Positions 48,826 to 57,955 of a stretch of 60,448 nucleotides of DNA are shown here, one piece after another. The notes under the pieces were generated by a model. It had not been told where the DNA came from and searched no databases. It saw only the letters and a list, made by a program, of their open reading frames with translations. The stretch is from Candidatus Jordarchaeia archaeon (lineage in GTDB: Archaea; Asgardarchaeota; Jordiarchaeia; Jordiarchaeales; Jordiarchaeaceae): contig JAHQXB010000079.1 in NCBI GenBank assembly GCA_029856435.1, forward strand, positions 1 to 60,448, read 5' to 3'. The position numbers were made by a program, and so were the translations under genes. The stretch's first letter is position 1. Each line of letters starts with the position of its first letter.

Positions 48826-49332
48826 TTAGCAGTAGTATCTTGTGGTTTGTTGCCTAAAATTTTTAACAATTTCGATTTTCATGTCTGAAACGTCCATTTC
48901 TGGTGTGGGGTAGGTTATAAAGGGGAAGAAGTGGCTGATACCCTTATTGCCCATCTGGGTTGCGGGATGATCATCTCCAAGTAGAGACCGGGATATTTCA
49001 ACGGTTAAGTGGCGTACAGCGTTTTCATCTAAGACACCTAGGCTGTGAAGGTATTCATGGAGCAATAGGTGGAAAACGTAAGCGTTGTAATACTCGGGTG
49101 ACTGCTCCTTTATTCTCCTAAGAGGAGTTTTATTTAAAACAATCAGCTCGGAGCCTACTGGGTGAAATGCGCCAACAAGGTAACTTCCCTGAGCCCCCAA
49201 ATCTGTTAACCCCAGCATTACCGCTCTACGTACTTTATACTTCAACATAACCGCGTCTTCGACCAAGCTGAAAATATCAGTAAATGATTTAGAGTTGTTC
49301 AACCGACTCACAAATTCTTCCTGCCTATTCAA
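48826..49332 (-). CDS. Putative zincin-like metalloprotease
   Basis: HLLLHEYLHSLG (HExxH). Confidence 0.6.
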   Translation of the reverse strand: MNRQEEFVSRLNNSKSFTDIFSLVEDAVMLKYKVRRAVMLGLTDLGAQGSYLVGAFHPVGSELIVLNKTPLRRIKEQSPEYYNAYVFHLLLHEYLHSLGVLDENAVRHLTVEISRSLLGDDHPATQMGNKGISHFFPFITYPTPEMDVSDMKIEIVKNFRQQTTRYYC

Positions 49333-49578
49333 AAAATCAAACCCCGTCTATAAAAGTTAAATAATTTGTTTCCGGTTTAAACAATTCTCACATTCATATA
49401 TATTGACTAAGTTTTAAACACGAACAAAAAACAATTTTATCAATAACGGTTGAAAAGCCCCAAATCTGAATGCTTCAAAAAAGTAATAAGCTTCTTTGAA
49501 TTAACAATTTAACTCAAATACTTCGAAGGAACAAAAGTTTACCAACTAAAGAATACTTCTGGTATAATAACTGGGAGT

Positions 49579-50355
49579 GTGAAAAATATGGAAGATGAGG
49601 TACTTAAAGAACTTAAAACAAGATATGAAAAAGGCGCCCCCAACCTAGTTGCTCGTTTAGTGGGATACTTGTCCATAGCCTCAATAGTAGCTATGATACC
49701 AATTATAGGAATATCTTATCTTTTATTGGAAGTTCTTCCGATAGATATCCCTTGGTATCTAATAATCTCACTTGCACCGGTTTACGTGGTGCTGGCAAGA
49801 TGGATTTTTAACTTAACACTCATAGCCATTGCACGAATAACATTGAAACCAGTAGAGGAAGGAGAATACGAGATGGATGTAAAAAACAAAAATGTCAGAA
49901 ACTGGCTAATAAACGGTCTGGGAACCACACTTGCACTACACTACGTTGGATATCAGCCCTTCGGCATGCCCGCCCTAAGTGGAGTAGTCTTGAGAATGCT
50001 TGGAGCAAAAATGGGATACGCAACACAGGCAAACTTTGCCGCAGACCCCTACCTAATGGAGTTTGGCGACGGAGCCATAGCGGGAGGAGGAACAATATTA
50101 TCAGGACATGCCTTCGCCGGCGGCCGACTAATTATAGGAAAAACTAAACTAGGGAGAAACGTTACAATAGGAGCCAACAGCGTAATATTTCCAGGCGTAG
50201 AAATAGGGGATAACAGCATTGTAGCCACGTTATCAACAGTACCATACAAAACGAGGATTCCACCAAACCAGCTATGGGGCGGAAACCCCGCACGCCAGAT
50301 TGGAATAATAACTAAGGGTGGAAAGGTAAAGATGTTAAAGGAAATGGAGGAGTAA
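49579..50355 (+). CDS. Membrane-anchored hexapeptide-repeat (LbH) acyltransferase
   Basis: Two N-terminal TM helices, then LGRNVTIGANSVIFPGVEIGDNSIV and W.GNPAR. Confidence 0.8.
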   Translation: MKNMEDEVLKELKTRYEKGAPNLVARLVGYLSIASIVAMIPIIGISYLLLEVLPIDIPWYLIISLAPVYVVLARWIFNLTLIAIARITLKPVEEGEYEMDVKNKNVRNWLINGLGTTLALHYVGYQPFGMPALSGVVLRMLGAKMGYATQANFAADPYLMEFGDGAIAGGGTILSGHAFAGGRLIIGKTKLGRNVTIGANSVIFPGVEIGDNSIVATLSTVPYKTRIPPNQLWGGNPARQIGIITKGGKVKMLKEMEE

Positions 50356-50538
50356 ATCCTCTTAACCATTTTCTTATTCGTGATGTAGGAAGTTAGAAAT
50401 AGAGTTTGATTCTTCAGCTAATCCTTATAAGTGGTAGATACAAAATAAGGCACTATTTTTAATTTGGAAGGATAGCGGTGTTTACCATAAAAAATTTAAC
50501 TTAATTGTTAATATTGCATTACATTGGTCGTGTATTCG

Positions 50539-51963
50539 ATGCAGGGTTCGAAGGTAATAATTTTAGACTCCACGCTACGTGAAGGAGAACAAACTCCCGG
50601 AGTTTCCTTTAAAGTAGAAGAGAAAATAGAGATTGCAAGGAAGCTCGACGAAATAGGAGTTGGAATGATTGAAGCAGGCTCCCCGATTGTTTCAGATGGA
50701 GTCAAGGAAGCCGTCAAAAAAATTGCGAAAGAAAATCTGAACGCGGAAATAATAAGTCACATAAGACCCGTAAAGAGCGACATCGACGTATCCATAGACT
50801 GTGACGTAGACAGAGTGGCGATCTTCATTGGGACATCGAAAAGCCACCGCGAAGCCAAACTTAAAATGACCAAGGAGCAGATCCAAGAAAAAATTTTGGA
50901 AGCCATCAGCTACGCTAGGGATCATGGTTTAAAGGTGCGCTTCACACCAGAGGACGCCACCAGAACTGAAACGGATTATCTCTTACACGTCTGCAAAGAG
51001 GCTGTTGAGGCGGGAGCTGACCGAATAAGCGTGGCAGACACTGTGGGCATCATGACTCCCAACCAGATGTATGATTTGGTCTCAAAAATTCGCGCAAATG
51101 TGAATGCAGAGCTGGATCTACACTGTCATAACGATTTGGGGTTAGCCACGGCCAACTGTTTAGCAGGGGTACAGGCTGGAGCCACAGCGGTGCACACCAC
51201 GGTGAATGGACTGGGAGAGAGAGCAGGAATTGCCTCTCTTTCCGAGGTTTCCGTGGCTCTCAAGGTGCTCCTAAACATTGATACGGGAATAAAATTAGAT
51301 AAACTTTCTGAGTTATCCAGTATCGTTGAGAGGTACAGTGGTATCTATCTCTGCCCCACAACGCCCATTGTAGGCACAAACGCCTTTTCGCACAAAGCAG
51401 GGATTCACACCTCCGCAGTACTCGTCAATCCCGCAACCTATGAGGCATTTGACCCATCACTATTGGGAAGAACCAGAAAAATAATTGTGGATAAATATGC
51501 AGGTAGACACGCTGTAAAGGCCAAGCTAGATGAAATGGGAATAAACGTCAACGACGACCAATTAGCCAAGATAACTACGGAAATAAAGAATCTAGCTGAC
51601 AAGAAAAGACGCATAGAAGACTCCGACATCGTGACGGTAACCGAGAAGATCTTAGGACAGAAGGTGAGCGGCGAATCCCCAGAAATGATTACTGGACTAG
51701 TCTCCATTATGACAGATCCCCACATCTATACTACAAATATCATAAGGAGAATAATCAATATAAATGGGGTTTCCGAAGCATACGAAATCAGTGGAGAATA
51801 TGATGTGGTTGCGCATATCCAAGCAAAAGATGTAGCCGCCTTAAATGAGTGCCTGGAGGCCATAAGAAACACTAAAGGGGTGGAAGCAACAACCACAACA
51901 ATTGTGCTTAAAAAATTCCAAAGAAAGGAGGAAGCAAAAGGACTGAGAAAAATCTTCAGTTAA
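50539..51963 (+). CDS. Homocitrate/isopropylmalate synthase-family protein with a C-terminal Lrp/AsnC-type RAM domain
   Basis: DSTLREGEQ, HCHNDLG, NGLGERAG and HKAGIH; C-terminal V.EAYEISGEYDVVA..LNECLE.IR...GV.TTT.IVL. Confidence 0.88.
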   Translation: MQGSKVIILDSTLREGEQTPGVSFKVEEKIEIARKLDEIGVGMIEAGSPIVSDGVKEAVKKIAKENLNAEIISHIRPVKSDIDVSIDCDVDRVAIFIGTSKSHREAKLKMTKEQIQEKILEAISYARDHGLKVRFTPEDATRTETDYLLHVCKEAVEAGADRISVADTVGIMTPNQMYDLVSKIRANVNAELDLHCHNDLGLATANCLAGVQAGATAVHTTVNGLGERAGIASLSEVSVALKVLLNIDTGIKLDKLSELSSIVERYSGIYLCPTTPIVGTNAFSHKAGIHTSAVLVNPATYEAFDPSLLGRTRKIIVDKYAGRHAVKAKLDEMGINVNDDQLAKITTEIKNLADKKRRIEDSDIVTVTEKILGQKVSGESPEMITGLVSIMTDPHIYTTNIIRRIININGVSEAYEISGEYDVVAHIQAKDVAALNECLEAIRNTKGVEATTTTIVLKKFQRKEEAKGLRKIFS

Positions 51964-52187
51964 TACCAAAACTCACTTTCTCTTACCCTCTTGCCCACTA
52001 AAAGAATATTGTAATAGGTATGTCCTTGTGAGGAAAGTGTTTTTTACCATCACGGAATTGTAGAGATTGCAGTGAAGATTCCTATTCTCAACTGTGGTAT
52101 CGAGTGAGGCAACATACAAAAGCTTCCATACAATTAAGGGGAGACATAATAGAGAACCGTTACACTGTTTTTTTTACTCTAGGGAAC

Positions 52188-52368
52188 GAACTTGTTAAAA
52201 AATTGTTGTTTCAGGGGTTCTGGTTGGCCTTTCCAGCGGGTGTAAACTGGTGATTCTGCGAATTCCAAGGCAGAAATATACCATAAAGGAAGGCTTTGCA
52301 CCACACCCCACCAATCCTTGAAACAATTGCAAACAAACCGCGAAAAAGACTTATTCTTTAACAAGTTC
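52188..52368 (+). mobile_element. MITE-like element, family C (181 bp)
   Basis: TIRs GAACTTGTTAAAAAAT / ATTCTTTAACAAGTTC (15/16 match); perfect 9-bp TSD CTAGGGAAC at 52179-52187 and 52369-52377. Confidence 0.85.
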
Positions 52369-52552
52369 CTAGGGAACAAAAGAAATATATATTACGGCGC
52401 TTAACATGTTAATACCTTTTGGAGGTATTTTAACAATGGGGTATTATCTTCCGACTAAATAGGAAAAGCTGTTCCAAATTTATAGCGACTTTTGAGTTGA
52501 TATTTCCTTTACCCCAAGAAACGGCAACTATTTTTCGGCGAGGCGATGAGTT

Positions 52553-52801
52553 TTGCAGAGTAAAATAGGTATAAACATATCTAAGTGCAGTGCATGTAAA
52601 ATTTGCCAAGTTTTCTGCGCGGCTTGGAACACGGGAACTGTGAATCCCAAGAAGGCGCACATCAGAGTTGTAAACATGTTCCCCACACCCAAGATTGAGT
52701 TTTTGGAGAGCTGTAATTTCTGTGCATCATTAGATGTTGAAATTCCGATTTGTGTAAAGTACTGCAACAGAAAGGCATTAACACTGAAGGAGGAATACTA
52801 A
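52553..52801 (+). CDS. 4Fe-4S ferredoxin-like subunit
   Basis: CSACKICQVFC and CNFC...P.CVKYC; abuts the aor gene. Confidence 0.85.
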   Translation: MQSKIGINISKCSACKICQVFCAAWNTGTVNPKKAHIRVVNMFPTPKIEFLESCNFCASLDVEIPICVKYCNRKALTLKEEY

Positions 52802-54628
52802 ATGGGCATTGGGGGATACATGGGCAAAAACTTGTTAATAGACGTTTCTAAAGGAAGCTTCAAAGCGCTAAACTGGATGAATCAGAAAAGCCAGTGGCTA
52901 AAATTAATTGGAGGAAGGGGCTTCGGAGCAAAAATAATATGGGAGAGTACAAGCGCCAAAACTAATCCTCTCAGCCCAGAGAGTCTGATAACCTTAAACA
53001 CGGGTCCACTCACAGGACTACCTATCCCTGGATCAGGTAGAATATCTATCTGCGCAATAAGTCCTCTCACGGGGATTTGGGCTGATAGCAGTATAGGAGG
53101 GGCCGCAGGAACAGATATTAAACAATGTGGCTACGATTCGATTATCATAAAAGGCAGAAGCAAAAAACCAATTTATCTACACATAAATGATAATGGAGCG
53201 GACTTCGAGGACGCCGAACACTTGTGGGGTAAGGGTAGTTTCGAAACAGAAACCATAATCAAAGACGAATTAACCAACGAGGCAAGTGTCTTAACTATAG
53301 GTCCCGCCGGAGAAAACAGAGTGCTTTTTGCCTGTATATCAACTGAGTATGGACGACAAGCAGGAAGAGCAGGAATGGGAGCAATTCTCGGATCAAAGAA
53401 TATTAAGGCAATTGCCATAAGCGGAACAAAGGACATACCCGTGGCAGACCTGAAAAAAGTTATTGAAATCACAGACCAAGCAATAGAGTATATGATGAAA
53501 AACGATCCAGAGCGTTATGATGTTTTCACACGCCACGGAACAACTATGGCTCTTGACTGGGCTCAAGAGGTGGCGTGCCTACCAACCCGTAACTTCCAAG
53601 AAAACGTTTTTGAGCAATCAGAAAATATAAACGCTGAAAGCATGGAACAAAAAATCAAGGTGGGAGATAGAGGCTGCTACTGCTGCCCACTTGCATGTGG
53701 CAAATTAACGAAAACAAAAGTCAACGGAGAACAGGTATACGTCGAAGGACCAGAATATGAAACACTAGCCCTACTGGGATCAAACTTGGGGCTGGGAAAC
53801 ATAGAAGCTATAGCAGCGGCAAATTATCTCTGCGACCAATATGGCATAGACACTATTTCGACAGGTGTTGTCATAGGTTTCGCCATAGAATGCGCACAGA
53901 AGGGAAAAATCTCATTAGACGGTTTAAAGGCTGAGTGGGGTAACACGGAAACCATATTCAAACTGATAGAAAAAATAGCTAACCTTGAAGGTGTAGGAAA
54001 AACACTAGCTCAAGGAGTGAAAAAGGCAGCCGAAATCTTTGGCAATAACTGCCAATCCCTAGCCATGCACGTCAAGGGACTAGAGCAGTCAGGCTACGAA
54101 ACAAGATCCACACCTGGAATGGCCCTAGCCTACGGCACTTCAGATCTTGGGGCCCATCACAGCCGATCCACAATAGTTGGATGGGAAACAGCGACAGACC
54201 GCTTTGGAATCACCAAGCAGAAGGTAGAAATGCAAGTATTCCTACAGCACCAGCGCAGTTTATTCGACGCCCTAGGAACCTGTAGATTCCAGTACTGCGA
54301 AGCCAAACTTCCACCCCAAGATTTCTACCCAAGATACTACATTGCAGCAACGGGATTAAACACAAGCCAAGAAGAGCTGCTTCTGGGTGCAGAAAGAATA
54401 TTCAATTTGACTCGTATGGTTAACGTTAGGCTTGGAATCTCAAGGAAGGACGATTACCCACCGGCCAGAGTGTTTGAGGAGCCCCTACCAAGCGGACCAT
54501 ACAAGGGTAAAAAGATGAACAGAGAAGACTATGACAAGCTTTTGGATATGTACTATGAGTTGAGAGGGTGGGATAAATATGGAATACCAACCAAAGAAAA
54601 ACTAGAAGCACTAGAATTGCAACTATAA
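52802..54628 (+). CDS. aor: Tungsten-dependent aldehyde:ferredoxin oxidoreductase family
   Basis: IGGRGFGA, GRAG.GA.LGSKN.KAI, C..CPLACG, EGPEYET, D.YG.DTIS and the C-terminus YY..RGWD..G.P. Confidence 0.92.
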   Translation: MGIGGYMGKNLLIDVSKGSFKALNWMNQKSQWLKLIGGRGFGAKIIWESTSAKTNPLSPESLITLNTGPLTGLPIPGSGRISICAISPLTGIWADSSIGGAAGTDIKQCGYDSIIIKGRSKKPIYLHINDNGADFEDAEHLWGKGSFETETIIKDELTNEASVLTIGPAGENRVLFACISTEYGRQAGRAGMGAILGSKNIKAIAISGTKDIPVADLKKVIEITDQAIEYMMKNDPERYDVFTRHGTTMALDWAQEVACLPTRNFQENVFEQSENINAESMEQKIKVGDRGCYCCPLACGKLTKTKVNGEQVYVEGPEYETLALLGSNLGLGNIEAIAAANYLCDQYGIDTISTGVVIGFAIECAQKGKISLDGLKAEWGNTETIFKLIEKIANLEGVGKTLAQGVKKAAEIFGNNCQSLAMHVKGLEQSGYETRSTPGMALAYGTSDLGAHHSRSTIVGWETATDRFGITKQKVEMQVFLQHQRSLFDALGTCRFQYCEAKLPPQDFYPRYYIAATGLNTSQEELLLGAERIFNLTRMVNVRLGISRKDDYPPARVFEEPLPSGPYKGKKMNREDYDKLLDMYYELRGWDKYGIPTKEKLEALELQL

Positions 54629-54902
54629 CAATATAACATAGGTTCTTTTTCATCTCTTAAAGCATCTTGGTAGTCCGCCTCTCACCTTTTTGAAAAGTCC
54701 CTTGTGCTTTTCCCCATTCATTAACTTGTCGTTCTTTTTGGCTGTGATTCTGGGATTCCTCTAAAATTTGTGTGGAAAAAGCGTCTCCTTTTCGAGATTG
54801 CCAAGTTTAAAAATGGAAATGGATGAAATGGCGTGTAATGTGTTGATGTAGAGCAGAATTTTCCATATTTGAAAAAAGTTGGAGATTGAGGTTATTCCGG
54901 AT

Positions 54903-56519
54903 TTATTCAAGTTTTCTAGCCTTCACTAGGTTTTCCCTTAGGGGTCTTGATAGTTCCTCAATGTATCCCTCCATGGCGCTTATGACGGCAATCATTTGTT
55001 TTGCGCCTGGAGTTCTGGGGGCGAATAGTATTTCTTCCCGGTCTCTTAGCAGTCCAATCAGGTTTTCTGTCTCTGATATCTTAACTGTGGTATTTGGTCT
55101 TGTGGCAAGTTTTTTGAGAATATTGGGGTTTCCTGTCGCTGATATTTCCACTTTTACCCTTGGATTTATGGCGGAAATTGCCTCCGCGTCTTTTTCGTCC
55201 AGATTGGGCAGAACTATCAGAATATTTGACTTGGTTTGCGCCATGGATTTCCTCATAAACTCTTTTATGTTGTCATAGCCGGAAATGACTCCGGTGCCCA
55301 CGACTTCAGTCATGGTTAGCTCTTTAATCTGTTTTAGAGCGGATAGAGCTTTTCCTTTAGCATCTGCAATTTGGCTGTCAACCTGTGTTTTAACTGGTTT
55401 GAGGGCGGTATCAACATTGCCTGCAATTCGTGTGGTTTGTTCCTTTACACTATTTGAGACGCCTGAAAGGAGGGAGCCCATTTTTTCTTTAGTGTCGTTT
55501 ACCGCAGTTTTTCTCTTTGCCCCCTCAGCGGCTATCTTGTCTTGTATACTTTTTGATGCATTTAGCAAACCTTTGGAGGAGCTGGTGCTTGTGGCGTCAA
55601 TTGAGGACTCAATGTCGGTTCTTAAATTGTCGAAGTTATCCTTAACTTCTCTGGTTGTTTTGTCTATAGAGGCGGTTAGTTGATTTTCAAAACTTGTGGA
55701 GAAACTGCTAAGATTGGATTCGATGGTTTCTCTAAGTTTTGTGACATCTTTGGTTACATTCTCGGACGAGAGAGCGGTGATGTCATTAGTTTTGGTCTTT
55801 ATGTTTTTTAAGGATTCTAAAACATTCGATTCTGTTCCCCTCAGAGACTCTTCTAACTGTTGCTTTACGGATAATACATGTTGATTTAAGGTTTCCAGTT
55901 GATTCGCCACATCGGAGAGAACACTTTCTATACTACTTCTTACCCTTAAAAGTGAGTCCTTGGAGGAAGAAGAGGAGACGTCTATACTTGACGCTATCTC
56001 ATTTTTCAACCCACTTATGGTGCTTTGGAAACTTCTTAGACTCTCGTTTAGATTGGATGAAACTCGAGTATTCAAATCTTTAACCCGGTCGCCGAGCAGT
56101 GTCTGCAGCCCGCTCTTAAGTTCCAAGTTCTTAGAGGCGAACTGTGTACTAGTGTTATCTAACCCCTTACCAACCTTATCCTTTAACTGAGTCAGAGCAG
56201 CAGAAAGATTTTTTTCCTCAGTAGAAAAACCTGAAGATACACTTCCTACAATAGACTTGAGTATAGCCTCATCTGAGATAAGAAGATCCTCCAAACTTTT
56301 AGTCAACTCTATTCTGTAATTTGAAAACATACCCCCTAAATCCGCAGCTAGTTTTTCAAGGTTTGCTTTGGTCTCCTGATTGACCCCAGTTAACCTTTCT
56401 CCGATAAAACTCGCTAAGTTATCCAACTGCCGTGAAATTTCCTCGGCGTTTTTGTCTACCTTCACTTTTAGTTCATCTATACTCTTTTTAAGAGTCTGAA
56501 CCACAGTAACATCAGACAT
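54903..56519 (-). CDS. Long Ser/Lys/Leu-rich helical (coiled-coil) protein with a C-terminal alpha/beta domain
   Basis: ~420 aa of heptad-like helices with internal repeats, then ISGYDNIKEFM..SNILIVLP (TrmB-effector/PLD-like by eye). Confidence 0.6.
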   Translation of the reverse strand: MSDVTVVQTLKKSIDELKVKVDKNAEEISRQLDNLASFIGERLTGVNQETKANLEKLAADLGGMFSNYRIELTKSLEDLLISDEAILKSIVGSVSSGFSTEEKNLSAALTQLKDKVGKGLDNTSTQFASKNLELKSGLQTLLGDRVKDLNTRVSSNLNESLRSFQSTISGLKNEIASSIDVSSSSSKDSLLRVRSSIESVLSDVANQLETLNQHVLSVKQQLEESLRGTESNVLESLKNIKTKTNDITALSSENVTKDVTKLRETIESNLSSFSTSFENQLTASIDKTTREVKDNFDNLRTDIESSIDATSTSSSKGLLNASKSIQDKIAAEGAKRKTAVNDTKEKMGSLLSGVSNSVKEQTTRIAGNVDTALKPVKTQVDSQIADAKGKALSALKQIKELTMTEVVGTGVISGYDNIKEFMRKSMAQTKSNILIVLPNLDEKDAEAISAINPRVKVEISATGNPNILKKLATRPNTTVKISETENLIGLLRDREEILFAPRTPGAKQMIAVISAMEGYIEELSRPLRENLVKARKLE

Positions 56520-56804
56520 CAGATTCCTCCTAAAAAACACGTTATTCACTATTACAGTTAGATATATACTCGACGAAAATAAAAATTAATATGTAAATTA
56601 ATTTTGTCATTTTAGTTAATAAGTCCATTGGACAGTGTTATCGGGAAACTTGAAGTTTTGGAAACATCCTTTTTGTGGCGCCCCTTTGACGAAAAAGGGT
56701 AATAAAAAGGAGTGCACACCCACTTTGATTTAAAAGTTCTTCCAAATAGTATTATAATGAGAACATTTCACTTTTTATTTTTGATCATTTTAGAAAACTT
56801 AATT

Positions 56805-57665
56805 TCAAGTTTCCTTGGTAACTAGTTCAATGAAGCCTTCCATTAGGAAGTACCCCAGAACAACCTTGACAAAGCCGGGGTTAAGCCTTAAATCTTGAGC
56901 GATTTTCTTTACAGAACGTTTTCCATCATTGGCGAAAAGAATTTCCACCCCCTTTACGCCATAGATTTTTTGAATTTTTTCAAGTTGGTAAACTCCTTTC
57001 ATTAGAGCTTCCCATGTTCTTGGAGAAATCTGGTACACGTCATCCTCAAGAACCTTAACCTTGAAGCGGATTAAGCCCCTGACCACAAAACTTCGAATTT
57101 CCTCCAAAATCTCGCCAATATCGTAGCCGCTCTTTCTTGAGATTCCTTGCAAGTTGGTGTTAGGATCCTCCTTCAAAATTTGTAGGATAGCGGACATTTT
57201 GGGGCTTAGCTCAACATTTTTGCTGAGTCTCGTAAGGAGCTCGGGAACATATTGAGGTAATATTGACTGCGCGGGGAAAACCCTAAACACATCGTTTCTA
57301 AAATCGTCAAAAACGCCGATTTCACCCTTCCATTCTTTAATTTTTGGTCCAAACTTTTTTTCGAATGCTTTTACCAGCTCTATCAGCTTTGCTCTCACTT
57401 CAGGAACACTCTTGTCCACAATTAATAGGCCGTAAACGTGATCCCCTCGTTCCACAATTAAGCTGAAACTCCCCCTATCTATGGTTTTTAACCAGTCATC
57501 ACCCATTTTAGGTAGCAGTTCCTCGGAAAAAGAAACTATGGCGGAAATAAATCCAGACAATCTGTCAGGGTCAACCTCAACACCGCTGAACTTTTGATAG
57601 TACATACACTTCCCAGAGTCTCTCTCAATAAAATACAAAGCGTAAATGTTGGGTTCACTAATCAT
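56805..57665 (-). CDS. Longin-domain protein with two C-terminal winged-helix-like domains
   Basis: IYALYFIERDSG..MY..F...DPDRLSGFISAI.SF longin pattern; wHTH-like NLQGISRKSG..GLI and SVKKIAQDL..GFI. Confidence 0.65.
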   Translation of the reverse strand: MISEPNIYALYFIERDSGKCMYYQKFSGVEVDPDRLSGFISAIVSFSEELLPKMGDDWLKTIDRGSFSLIVERGDHVYGLLIVDKSVPEVRAKLIELVKAFEKKFGPKIKEWKGEIGVFDDFRNDVFRVFPAQSILPQYVPELLTRLSKNVELSPKMSAILQILKEDPNTNLQGISRKSGYDIGEILEEIRSFVVRGLIRFKVKVLEDDVYQISPRTWEALMKGVYQLEKIQKIYGVKGVEILFANDGKRSVKKIAQDLRLNPGFVKVVLGYFLMEGFIELVTKET

Positions 57666-57955
57666 CTGAAAAAAGCCCCTTTTGATTTTTGACTGTAAGT
57701 TACCCCCTCGATTTTCACGCACCTCTATTAGGTTTTAGGCCTCCTATACCTGTTTAGCTGGTTAAGGTTGTTCAACTCTCCTCTGTAGTTTATATTCTTG
57801 AAAACAAATAAATTTATCGTATAAAAAAGGTTTAAACATTAAAAAATAGTCAGTCTCAACTCGTTAGAATAAAACTGAAAAATCTAAATTGAAATTGGAC
57901 AGAAAACCGAACATCAAAAATTCTTATATGTACCAAGAAGCGAATTGTGTTTATG

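Noticed and set aside
50539-51963. Synthase-RAM domain fusion as a novelty
   Set aside because: RAM-fused homocitrate synthases are already described in archaea (Sulfolobus type).
56644-56814. GGAAACTTGAA inverted repeat with an inner hairpin at about 56665-56713
   Set aside because: The right arm lies in the end of a coding sequence and there is no TSD; at most an ordinary terminator-like hairpin.
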